32,000 nt of DNA, from positions 691,374 to 723,373 of the forward strand of contig CP023991.1 in the NCBI GenBank assembly GCA_003516025.1. Direction: 5' to 3'. Of this stretch, positions 25,571 through 32,000 are shown piece by piece (position 1 is the stretch's first letter; every line of letters begins with the position of its first letter). Source of the stretch: Candidatus Saccharimonadota bacterium (lineage in GTDB: Bacteria > Patescibacteriota > Saccharimonadia > Saccharimonadales > UBA4665). The position numbers were made by a program, and so were the translations under genes. The notes under the pieces were generated by a model. That model was not told the origin of the DNA and made no database searches. It saw only the letters and a program-made list of their open reading frames with translations.

Positions 25571-26850
25571 GCGGCATATATGCCTTAATCGACTGCAACA
25601 ATTTCTTCGTGTCGTGCGAGCGGGTGTTCCGGCCGGACCTGGAAGGCAGGCCGGTGGTAGTGCTCAGCAGTAACGACGGCTGCGCCGTGGCCCGCAGTAA
25701 TGAAGCTAAAGCCCTCGGCATCCCCATGGGGGCGCCAGTCTTCAAATTCCGCCAGATATTCGACCGGCACCGCGTCACCCGGTTTTCGGCCAACTTTGAG
25801 CTGTACGGCGACATATCAGAGCGGATTACCCGCGTACTCACGAAAATTACGCCGCGCATCGAAGTTTATTCCATAGACGAATCATTCTTGGACCTCAGCC
25901 AGCTCGATATAACCGATTACACCGCTTGGGCCCGGGAAGTGCGGCAGCGCATCCTGCGCGAAGTCGGCGTGCCGGTTTCCGTAGGTATCGCTTCCAGTAA
26001 AACCCTGGCTAAACTGGCGGCCGAGCGGGGCAAGCAGCAACCGGAACTTGGCGGTGTACTCGACCTGTCATCCCTGGACGCGAGCCAACGGGCACAGTTT
26101 TTACAGGCTACGCCGCTTGGCGACATATGGGGCGTCGGCCGGCGCCTGGCTCCAAAACTCAAAGCCTGCGGCATCCATACCGCTCTTGGATTAAGCCAGA
26201 TGTCCCCCCGCTACGCCCAGCAACTCATGGGTATTCACGGCCGGCAAATGGTGGCTGAGCTTAACGGTATCAGCTGTTACGAACTGAAAGCACTCTATAG
26301 TGCCCGTAAAAGCATCGGCCGCGGCCGGACCTTCGGCGAAGATACCCGCAGCCCCGAGGTACTACAGGCTGCCATTGCCAGCTTAACGGCGCGGGCAGCT
26401 CAGCGTTTACGCCGGGAAGGTATGCTAGCTATGAGTGGCAGCCTCTATTTCTGCACAAATAAGCACAAGCCTGGCTTCCGGACTTTTTACGAGACAGTCC
26501 GTTTCACAATTCCGACTGCCGATACGGCGATTATCTCGGGCCAGTTTACGCAGCTTCTGGAACAACTGTTTGAACCGGCGCAGAGCTACCACCGCCTGAA
26601 CGTTCTACTATACGATTTTATTCCGGAACATAACTTGCAGGTTGATCTGCTGGGCGAGGTCGACCCGGCAGGGCATGACCGAAGTACTGGGCGCATGAAA
26701 GCCATGGACGCCATTAACCAGCGTTTTGGCGGTCACACCGTCTACTTTGCCGCCGAAAATTTAAGCCACAGCTGGGAGCCAAAGCATCAAATCCGCAGCC
26801 CGCGCTATACCAGCAGCTGGGACGAATTACCGGTCGCCCGGCTCACATAG
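25567..26850 (+). CDS. umuC: Y-family translesion DNA polymerase, UmuC-type
   Basis: The start is taken at ATG 25567 ([52 protein letters not shown]), which aligns from residue 1 with E. coli UmuC. The catalytic DxNxF and SIDE motifs are present. The track's 25486 start adds 27 non-homologous residues that overlap umuD. Confidence 0.9.
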   Translation: MSGIYALIDCNNFFVSCERVFRPDLEGRPVVVLSSNDGCAVARSNEAKALGIPMGAPVFKFRQIFDRHRVTRFSANFELYGDISERITRVLTKITPRIEVYSIDESFLDLSQLDITDYTAWAREVRQRILREVGVPVSVGIASSKTLAKLAAERGKQQPELGGVLDLSSLDASQRAQFLQATPLGDIWGVGRRLAPKLKACGIHTALGLSQMSPRYAQQLMGIHGRQMVAELNGISCYELKALYSARKSIGRGRTFGEDTRSPEVLQAAIASLTARAAQRLRREGMLAMSGSLYFCTNKHKPGFRTFYETVRFTIPTADTAIISGQFTQLLEQLFEPAQSYHRLNVLLYDFIPEHNLQVDLLGEVDPAGHDRSTGRMKAMDAINQRFGGHTVYFAAENLSHSWEPKHQIRSPRYTSSWDELPVARLT

Positions 26851-26863
26851 TGCTTGCGCATAG

Positions 26864-26892
26864 TTGACTTTTTAAGTTGTTTGTGCTATAAT
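26864..26892 (+). promoter_or_regulatory. near-consensus sigma70-type promoter: TTGACT -35, 17-nt spacer, TGcTATAAT extended -10
   Basis: TTGACT at 26864-26869, TG at 26884-26885, TATAAT at 26887-26892. It lies 14 nt after the umuC stop. A 6-bp stem ACTTCG/CGAAGT (26900-26905 with 26930-26935) sits at the predicted 5' end. Confidence 0.65.
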
Positions 26893-26982
26893 TATTAACA
26901 CTTCGTAGAGTAACTTTTTGAGGCCGCTCCGAAGTACCTTAACAAGCAAGTTCTCTGTAAAGCTGTTTTCAGTTGAGCCACA

Positions 26983-27345
26983 ATGCGCAAGAGTCACTAC
27001 TATACCGTGCTTATTGCAGCTCAACCGAGAACCCACTCATCCATCGATGCCCTGGAGGACACCGTGACCCTGACGAAGACTACAGAAGTTGGACGATTCT
27101 CTCACGAGGAGCATGTTCCTGTCGTTTTCATAGTGGCCCCAGTAAGCATGTCTGTCATGTGGTTGCTCATCCTAGTAAAAATACTTGTGACAGTCATAGA
27201 TTACGACAGCCTCGAACTGCGCATGGATGACCTTCTGGAACTGACTCTGAATGGGCTGATAGTGACCGTTTGCGTTATCGGGCTGACACATACGAGTGCA
27301 GTCATCTACTTCCGAAAGAAATGGAGTAAATGTGATGCCATCTAG
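26983..27345 (+). CDS. small membrane protein 1 of 4 (hypothetical, 2 predicted TM helices)
   Basis: 120 aa with hydrophobic segments VPVVFIVAPVSMSVMWLLILVKILVTVI and LNGLIVTVCVIGLTHTSAVIYF. There is no clear SD, and GC is closer to the backbone than in the next three ORFs. Confidence 0.4.
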   Translation: MRKSHYYTVLIAAQPRTHSSIDALEDTVTLTKTTEVGRFSHEEHVPVVFIVAPVSMSVMWLLILVKILVTVIDYDSLELRMDDLLELTLNGLIVTVCVIGLTHTSAVIYFRKKWSKCDAI

Positions 27346-27586
27346 ACCACCCGGCATGCGCATCCAGGGCGAACCCGCCGCCGAACCACCCCGTAAGGGA
27401 AGTGGACAGGACTGGTTCGTCTTCGCACTACTGATGAGCGGCGGCTTATTGTTCCTGGCTGGATCATTGCCAAACACAAGCTCCGCCATCGGATCAGCCG
27501 CCGAACTACAGCTATGTGGAGTTCTGCTCCTCGTCGTTGGCGTCGGCTTCTGGCTGATCGACATCTGCTGTCACAAGCGGCACTAA
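27335..27586 (+). CDS. small membrane protein 2 of 4 (hypothetical, 2 predicted TM helices)
   Basis: 83 aa from ATG 27335, with GGAG at 27323-27326 upstream. The track's 27296 start is less likely. It overlaps ORF1 by 11 nt. TM segments are WFVFALLMSGGLLFLAG and LCGVLLLVVGVGFWLI. Confidence 0.5.
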   Translation: MPSRPPGMRIQGEPAAEPPRKGSGQDWFVFALLMSGGLLFLAGSLPNTSSAIGSAAELQLCGVLLLVVGVGFWLIDICCHKRH

Positions 27587-27631
27587 CCTCGTACACCCAC
27601 GCCTAACCAGCACACCGAGAGGTAGATCACC

Positions 27632-27910
27632 ATGACCATCCGCATTGGCAACACGACCTCGCAGCAGCTCGAGCGACCGACGTTTCCTTCCGAGGGGATG
27701 TTCACGCTTTTGCTGTTGATGATCATCAACTTTGCCGTTGCCATGGGTTTGTTGCATGACAACAGTACTGACCCTGCCGAGATCGTGTGCGTGATGATCT
27801 TCGTGAGCGTTCTGATCGTCCTTTGGGGGATGGTCATGATCATCTCGTACATCAACGACCACTCGAAGTACCACGAGGAGCTTCTTCTGCGGCAGCACAA
27901 GCAGCCCTGA
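27632..27910 (+). CDS. small membrane protein 3 of 4 (hypothetical, 2 predicted TM helices)
   Basis: 92 aa with CCGAGAGG 9 nt upstream of the ATG. By hand count, 76 of 92 codons end in G/C. TM segments are FTLLLLMIINFAVAMGLL and IVCVMIFVSVLIVLWGMVMII. Confidence 0.6.
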   Translation: MTIRIGNTTSQQLERPTFPSEGMFTLLLLMIINFAVAMGLLHDNSTDPAEIVCVMIFVSVLIVLWGMVMIISYINDHSKYHEELLLRQHKQP

Positions 27911-28026
27911 GACCATCGTCGATGCTCGAATCTGAACCCGCACCACGAGAAAGCGCAAGCACATCACACTGCACGCATACAACCCGCACTATCCGTCGCA
28001 AGACACCGATCCGAGAGGAACCTGTC

Positions 28027-28224
28027 ATGGAAACCCTGCTCATCATCGCTGGCGTGCTCGTCGGACTACTCATCCTGCTGGTCCTGATCGTGCACCTGTC
28101 GAGCCGCCCGGCTTCCAGCAGTTCGAAGGTGCCCGTTCGGCAGCTCACCTGGGTCGTCGACGCCACCGACAACCGCCCGTTCGGCAAGCCGAACAAGGCG
28201 GCGCCGCCGAGGAGTGGCAAGTAG
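28027..28224 (+). CDS. small membrane protein 4 of 4 (hypothetical, 1 predicted TM helix)
   Basis: 65 aa from ATG 28027, preceded by the same CCGAGAGG 8-mer 8 nt upstream. It has an N-terminal TM helix (LLIIAGVLVGLLILLVLIV) and a basic, Pro-rich tail. Confidence 0.5.
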   Translation: METLLIIAGVLVGLLILLVLIVHLSSRPASSSSKVPVRQLTWVVDATDNRPFGKPNKAAPPRSGK

Positions 28225-28241
28225 CTACACAGAGGACCTGC

Positions 28242-28325
28242 CAGGGAGGGGATACGGACGATGAGTCGATGCTGGATACCTTTATGGTGTTCACTCGTTT
28301 TTTCTCATTCGTCCGCCCCCTCCTG
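28242..28325. repeat. long imperfect inverted repeat (about 21 bp of pairing with bulges, 38-nt loop) closing the GC-rich cassette
   Basis: The left arm CAGGGAGGGGATACGGACGATGAG (28242-28265) pairs with the right arm CTCATTCGTCCGCCCCCTCCTG (28304-28325). The loop contains a T6 run (28298-28303). Confidence 0.55.
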
Positions 28326-28455
28326 CAGTCCCCCAAGAGCATTACGAATATACACTTAACGCTTTTAGCGGACTGTGCCAGCTCCTGCAAGGAATTTTAC
28401 AGCCAGACGCGTCGTTACCTTTTACACTGAAGTAAACTAAGGAGGCGTATTACGT

Positions 28456-29202
28456 ATGGCAGATATTTCAGGAAAAGTCGTTATTATTACCGGCGCGTCG
28501 AGTGGTATTGGCGAAGCGACAGCTTTGCAACTTGCTCAGTCCGGTGCCAAAGTGGCGCTATTGGCGCGCCGTAAAGACCGCTTGGATCAACTCGTCAGCG
28601 ACATTGAAAAAGATGGCGGCACTGCCTTGGCTATCGAAGCCGACGTCACCAGCATGGAGACATGCCAAAAAGCCGTCGGCCAGGTGGTCGAACAGTGGGG
28701 AGGCGTCGATATACTTATAAATAATGCCGGCGTAATGCTTATAGGCCCTGCCGCTGAACTGCCGGTCGAAAACTGGGAACAAATGATCCAGCTCAATCAG
28801 CTTGGCCTGTTATATATGACCCGATCGGCGCTGCCTGAAATAACTAAAGCGCATGGCCACATCGTGAATATCTCCAGCGTGGCAGGGCGCACGACCGCGC
28901 CCGGCAGCTCGGTGTACAACATGACCAAGTGGGGCGTCAACGCCTTCACCGAAGCGCTTCGCAAAGAGCTCGTCGACGGTAAAACCGGGGTCCGCACCAC
29001 TCTAATCGAACCGGGCGCCGTAGCAACGGAATTACAGTCACATAACACTCCGGAAACGCAGGAAAAACTCAAGCAACGCTTCGGTGACATCAAGATTCTT
29101 GACGCCGAAGACATTGCCGGCGCCATTACATTTGCCGTTTCACAGCCACCGCATGTAAACGTGAATGAAATTTTAATTCGCCCAACGGAACAGCCACAAT
29201 AA
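28456..29202 (+). CDS. SDR family NAD(P)-dependent oxidoreductase (classical short-chain dehydrogenase)
   Basis: 248 aa with TGASSGIGEA (TGxxxGxG), NNAG and a Ser...YNMTK catalytic triad. A strong SD (AAGGAGG) lies upstream. Confidence 0.9.
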   Translation: MADISGKVVIITGASSGIGEATALQLAQSGAKVALLARRKDRLDQLVSDIEKDGGTALAIEADVTSMETCQKAVGQVVEQWGGVDILINNAGVMLIGPAAELPVENWEQMIQLNQLGLLYMTRSALPEITKAHGHIVNISSVAGRTTAPGSSVYNMTKWGVNAFTEALRKELVDGKTGVRTTLIEPGAVATELQSHNTPETQEKLKQRFGDIKILDAEDIAGAITFAVSQPPHVNVNEILIRPTEQPQ

Positions 29203-29571
29203 ATGAGTGAAATATCGCAGACCGAAGAGACACCCAATCCTGACGACGTGGCTGTGTCCATTGCGGTCGCCGATAATGAAGTTATTGTAAGACTGACGTC
29301 GGGAGCAGATGAAGTGGCCCATTTACAAGAGCTGGCACATGAAGAGCGCATCGCCCAGCGTTTAGGCGTCGTGTCGGTGGATGGCGTCGCCAATTTACTG
29401 GCCGCAAAGCACAACGGGGACGGTACGCGCCGGATGACCAGAATTGAACTGGAAGAGACCATTCGAATCTCTCATGATATGGATATAGCACCGGTGGTCG
29501 ATGAGGTTATTCCGCCGACTAAGCCCAAAGTCGTTACACCTGTTAACTTTGACCTGCCTGACTTCCCGTAG
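29203..29571 (+). CDS. acidic hypothetical protein
   Basis: 122 aa, Asp/Glu-rich. Its ATG directly abuts the SDR stop (TAAATG). No recognisable motif. Confidence 0.55.
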   Translation: MSEISQTEETPNPDDVAVSIAVADNEVIVRLTSGADEVAHLQELAHEERIAQRLGVVSVDGVANLLAAKHNGDGTRRMTRIELEETIRISHDMDIAPVVDEVIPPTKPKVVTPVNFDLPDFP

Positions 29572-29597
29572 AAACAGCTGTTATACTAGCTTTCGTC

Positions 29598-30215
29598 ATG
29601 ACACGCATTTCGGCTTTACTCGACCAATTCCCAATAATTTCTGACCAGATCAAACGGCCGGCCCTGGAAGTCCTGCTTACTAATCTGGAAAAGACGCTGG
29701 GAAGCCAGGTTGAGGGTGCCATCGTCGAATTTGGCTGCTACATCGGCACCACCAGCCTGTTCATACGCCGCCTGCTCGATATATACCAGAGCGATAAAGC
29801 ATTTCATGTCTATGATTCCTTCGCCGGCCTGCCCGACAAAAGCCAACAAGACAGCAGCCCGGCGGGCGATGAGTTCAAAGGCGGGGAGTTAAGCGTCAGT
29901 AAAAAACAGTTTTCGGAACAGTTCCATAAGGCTCATTTGCAAACGCCAAAAGTGCACAAAGGCTGGTTCGGCGAGCTAACCAGCGACGATATACCCCAAA
30001 ACATTGCTTTCGCCTTCCTCGACGGAGATTTTTACCAGTCAATCATTGATTCGCTGCGCCTGGTTTATCCACGCATGCGGCCAGGCGGTATCATTGCCAT
30101 TGACGATTACGGCCGGGAAAAGCTGCCGGGTGTGGAACGGGCAGTGCGCGATTACTTTCAAGGCAAGCAGTACAATGTGCGCGTCGCGCATAATATCGGA
30201 GTGATCCAACTATGA
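29598..30215 (+). CDS. TylF/MycF-like class I SAM-dependent (O-)methyltransferase
   Basis: 205 aa. EFGCYIGTTSLF, YDSFAGLP, FLDGDFYQSIIDSL and GGIIAIDDYG match the macrocin-O-methyltransferase (TylF) family pattern. Confidence 0.8.
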   Translation: MTRISALLDQFPIISDQIKRPALEVLLTNLEKTLGSQVEGAIVEFGCYIGTTSLFIRRLLDIYQSDKAFHVYDSFAGLPDKSQQDSSPAGDEFKGGELSVSKKQFSEQFHKAHLQTPKVHKGWFGELTSDDIPQNIAFAFLDGDFYQSIIDSLRLVYPRMRPGGIIAIDDYGREKLPGVERAVRDYFQGKQYNVRVAHNIGVIQL

Positions 30216-30640
30216 AAATACATATTATCACCATCGGTGAACCGAAGCCTGCTTATGCCAAAGCAGGCTGGCAGGAGTACATAGGGCGGCTTAAACATTA
30301 CCATGCGGTGCGCGCGACCCATATTGCCGATAAACATAACGACGCCGGGCATCTGCTTGAGGCCGCGGGTAAAGCATACAAGGTAGCGCTGGCCATTACA
30401 GGCAAACAGCTCAGCAGCCCGGAGTTAGCCGCTTTTATTGAAAGCCGCAACCAGGACGGCCGGGAAGTCGCCTTCATTATAGGCGGTCCTGACGGTTTAC
30501 AACCTGAAGTACTGGCGGCCAGCGATATGCAGCTTAGTTTTTCCAAACTGACCTTCCCGCACGATCTTGCCATGGTCATACTGGCCGAAACTCTGTATAG
30601 AGCCAGTACCATCGCCGCTGGCCAACCGTATCACCGATAG
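30212..30640 (+). CDS. rlmH: 23S rRNA (pseudouridine1915-N3)-methyltransferase
   Basis: 142 aa, a SPOUT fold with FIIGGPDGL and LSFSKLTFPHDLAMVILAETLYRA. Its start overlaps the upstream stop (ATGA). Confidence 0.92.
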   Translation: MKIHIITIGEPKPAYAKAGWQEYIGRLKHYHAVRATHIADKHNDAGHLLEAAGKAYKVALAITGKQLSSPELAAFIESRNQDGREVAFIIGGPDGLQPEVLAASDMQLSFSKLTFPHDLAMVILAETLYRASTIAAGQPYHR

Positions 30641-30657
30641 TGACAGTCCCTTCATAT

Positions 30658-30679
30658 AAAAAAACAGCATAATATGCTG
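30658..30679 (-). terminator. intrinsic terminator on the minus strand (hairpin CAGCAT-AAT-ATGCTG followed by U7)
   Basis: On the minus strand the 30665-30679 palindrome is followed by TTTTTTT (complement of A7 at 30658-30664). On the plus strand no U-tract follows it. Confidence 0.55.
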
Positions 30680-30704
30680 AGTATACTTTGATATAAGTGT
30701 GTAG

Positions 30705-30822
30705 TGGAGGTGGTATTTTGGACTCCCGAAGGGAATCAACAAATATACCACCTCCAGGCGGGAGCACCAGCGAACCTTTACGGTCCATATGCCGGTGCTC
30801 CCGCCTGCCTCCTTTGGGGAGG
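30705..30822. ncRNA. candidate structured RNA / hairpin cluster (three consecutive stem-loops, two with perfect 12-bp stems); strand unresolved
   Basis: H1 pairs 30705-30716 TGGAGGTGGTAT with 30745-30756, with an inner tCCC-GAA-GGGa hairpin. H2 pairs 30757-30768 GGCGGGAGCACC with 30794-30805. H3 is 30808-30812 CCTCC, loop TTTGG, then 30818-30822 GGAGG. Confidence 0.35.
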
Positions 30823-30872
30823 ACTTTATCTGAGTAAGGTTCAGACTACCGGTAATGCATCATCTGGTGCGG

Positions 30873-31889
30873 TCAGGCGGCCTTGTCCTGCGACTGGGTG
30901 CGGGCGATCATCCTCTCGTTGATGTCGTGGGTGTTGGCGACGACGGGCATGTCGAGACCTCTGGAGCTGGCGAGCGCCATGATGGCGATCACCTCTTTGG
31001 GCAGGCACGCACCGGCGTAGGGACCCAGGTTGCGGGTGCCGTACTTCGGGTTGCGCAGCCCTTCGCAGGACACCTCGGAGATCTTGTAGATCAGTGCGAT
31101 CTCCGGGTCGGAGACGCGGTGGAGGCGGCAGAGCTGCTCGAACTCGCGGTTGAAGGCGATGCGGATGCCCTCGAAGAGGTCGGGTGCCGCGAAGACGGCC
31201 TGTATCTGCTGCTCGGTGAAGCCGTTGTCCTCCAGGTGCATGCGCAACTGGTTGCAGAACGAGATCTTCACCGCGTTGTAGACGTTGTGGTGGTACTTCT
31301 GCAGCTCGCCGGCGACGATGGAGGTCCACCGCATGGGGACGCCGAACGGCTCGTAGAGCTTCTCCATGACCTCCACGGAACGAACGTCCTGAGGGTGGTG
31401 GCCGATGGTCACGACCCGGGGGTTGAGGCTGTCAGCCAGCGGGTTCTTGTCGTCCGTCGGGTTCTCCGCACGGAGGTACTCGGGGTTGTAGACGACACCG
31501 AAGTCGACGCCGGCCTTCTTGCCCGAGATGTCCTCCATCTGTTGAGTCAGCTCCCTGGTCATGCCGGGGATCTGGGTGCAACGGAAGACGACGACCGGGT
31601 AGTGGGAGTCGTTGATCCCGCTGAGCTTGTCGGCGATGTCGTCGGCGGCGGCCCGGAGGTAGCTGGTGTCCTGGCCCTGGGGCGTGGACGGGGTCGGCAC
31701 CGAGACGAAGATCAGGTCCACGTGGTGGATGTTGACCTGGTCGGGACGGACGGCGTAGAGGCCGCGGCCCATGAGCTGCCAGATCCGCTCCTGCGAGACG
31801 TCGACGAACGTGACGTCGTGTCCGCGCTGGAGGAAAGCCTGGCCCGTGGCGGAACCGACGACACCGGAACCGTAGATGGCGATGTGCAT
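30873..31889 (-). CDS. nucleotide-sugar dehydrogenase family protein (UDP-glucose/GDP-mannose dehydrogenase-like, short form lacking the C-terminal UDP-binding domain)
   Basis: 338 aa with N-terminal Rossmann IAIYGSGVVGSATG, central GELQKYHHNVYNAVKISF, and a catalytic-Cys-like GACLPKEV at about residue 295. SD AAGAGGTG lies upstream. GC3 is very high, and a stop-free 361-codon antisense ORF overlaps it. Confidence 0.85.
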   Translation of the reverse strand: MHIAIYGSGVVGSATGQAFLQRGHDVTFVDVSQERIWQLMGRGLYAVRPDQVNIHHVDLIFVSVPTPSTPQGQDTSYLRAAADDIADKLSGINDSHYPVVVFRCTQIPGMTRELTQQMEDISGKKAGVDFGVVYNPEYLRAENPTDDKNPLADSLNPRVVTIGHHPQDVRSVEVMEKLYEPFGVPMRWTSIVAGELQKYHHNVYNAVKISFCNQLRMHLEDNGFTEQQIQAVFAAPDLFEGIRIAFNREFEQLCRLHRVSDPEIALIYKISEVSCEGLRNPKYGTRNLGPYAGACLPKEVIAIMALASSRGLDMPVVANTHDINERMIARTQSQDKAA

Positions 31890-31969
31890 GAGAGCACCTC
31901 TTTCGAGAGATCACTGCGGGTGGATTGGTGGCCACACTAGATGATGTAAAGAGCAAAATCACTCGGATT

Positions 31970-31985
31970 ACATCAGAGCTGATGT
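31970..31985. promoter_or_regulatory. operator-like palindrome ACATCAG-AG-CTGATGT upstream of the dehydrogenase gene
   Basis: Perfect 7-bp arms with a 2-bp spacer, 81-96 nt upstream of the minus-strand ATG at 31889. An extra TGATGT half-site lies at 31942-31947. Confidence 0.3.
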
Positions 31986-32000
31986 GCGGGTGTGACTTGC

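Noticed and set aside
27787-28026. Long (145-aa) version of the fourth island ORF, and minus-strand ORFs at 27512-27982 and 27852-28220
   Set aside because: The extension overlaps ORF3 out of frame and lacks an SD. ATG 28027 has the same CCGAGAGG SD context as ORF3. The minus-strand ORFs are charged, low-complexity shadow frames.
28797-29462. 221-aa minus-strand ORF
   Set aside because: It is antisense to the SDR gene and the coupled acidic-protein gene. The SDR motifs on the plus strand are unambiguous.
30705-30822. Possible CRISPR or integron attC interpretation of the hairpin cluster
   Set aside because: The repeats are inverted, not direct, and each occurs once, so it is not a CRISPR array. 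No GTTRRRY/RYYYAAC core sites or integrase were seen, so it is not an attC site. The resemblance of GGAGGTGG/CCACCTCC to SD/anti-SD sequences is probably coincidental.
30704-30922. 72-aa plus-strand ORF across the hairpin cluster
   Set aside because: It has no SD and runs through three perfect hairpins and into the convergent gene. The sequence is better explained by RNA or DNA structure.
30855-31940. 361-aa plus-strand ORF
   Set aside because: It is a stop-free shadow frame opposite a very GC-rich gene. The product is Gly/Val/Asp/Arg-rich without motifs, whereas the minus-strand frame has Rossmann and catalytic-Cys motifs and an SD.
31432-31962. 176-aa minus-strand ORF in another frame
   Set aside because: It is an Arg/Pro-rich alternative frame of the same GC-rich segment, typical of high-GC out-of-frame ORFs.

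Overview
Gene-dense chromosomal segment with a roughly 50% GC backbone. It has short intergenic gaps, 4-nt start/stop overlaps and abutting convergent genes. The gene content (PEGA-domain protein, DUF3048, sortase, MarP-like protease, many small membrane proteins) fits a small-genome monoderm bacterium, possibly a Patescibacteria/Saccharibacteria-like lineage; this assignment is inference only. Recognisable backbone genes are gltX, pyrH, rlmH, xth, tRNA-Ser(GGA), tRNA-Leu(CAA), an oxidative pentose-phosphate operon (pgl-gnd-zwf), MscS, two tandem CNNM/DUF21-CBS proteins, Nramp, a MacB-type ABC pair, Nudix hydrolases including an MTH1-type enzyme, a sortase and umuDC. No CRISPR array, integrase, transposase or known defence gene was seen. 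The main leads are two patches of foreign composition. (1) 26.86-28.33 kb: a near-consensus promoter drives four tandem small membrane-protein ORFs of no family I recognise, directly after umuC, and the patch closes with a long imperfect inverted repeat. (2) 30.7-32.0 kb: a cluster of perfect 12-bp hairpins is followed by a nucleotide-sugar dehydrogenase gene with very high GC3, which is either horizontal transfer (perhaps from an actinobacterial host) or an assembly chimera. Secondary observations are a UmuD-like protein with Cys at the catalytic Lys position, a structured umuD leader, a ~31-bp motif repeated right after two envelope-protein genes, and a recurrent leaderless promoter geometry with TGn-extended -10 boxes.
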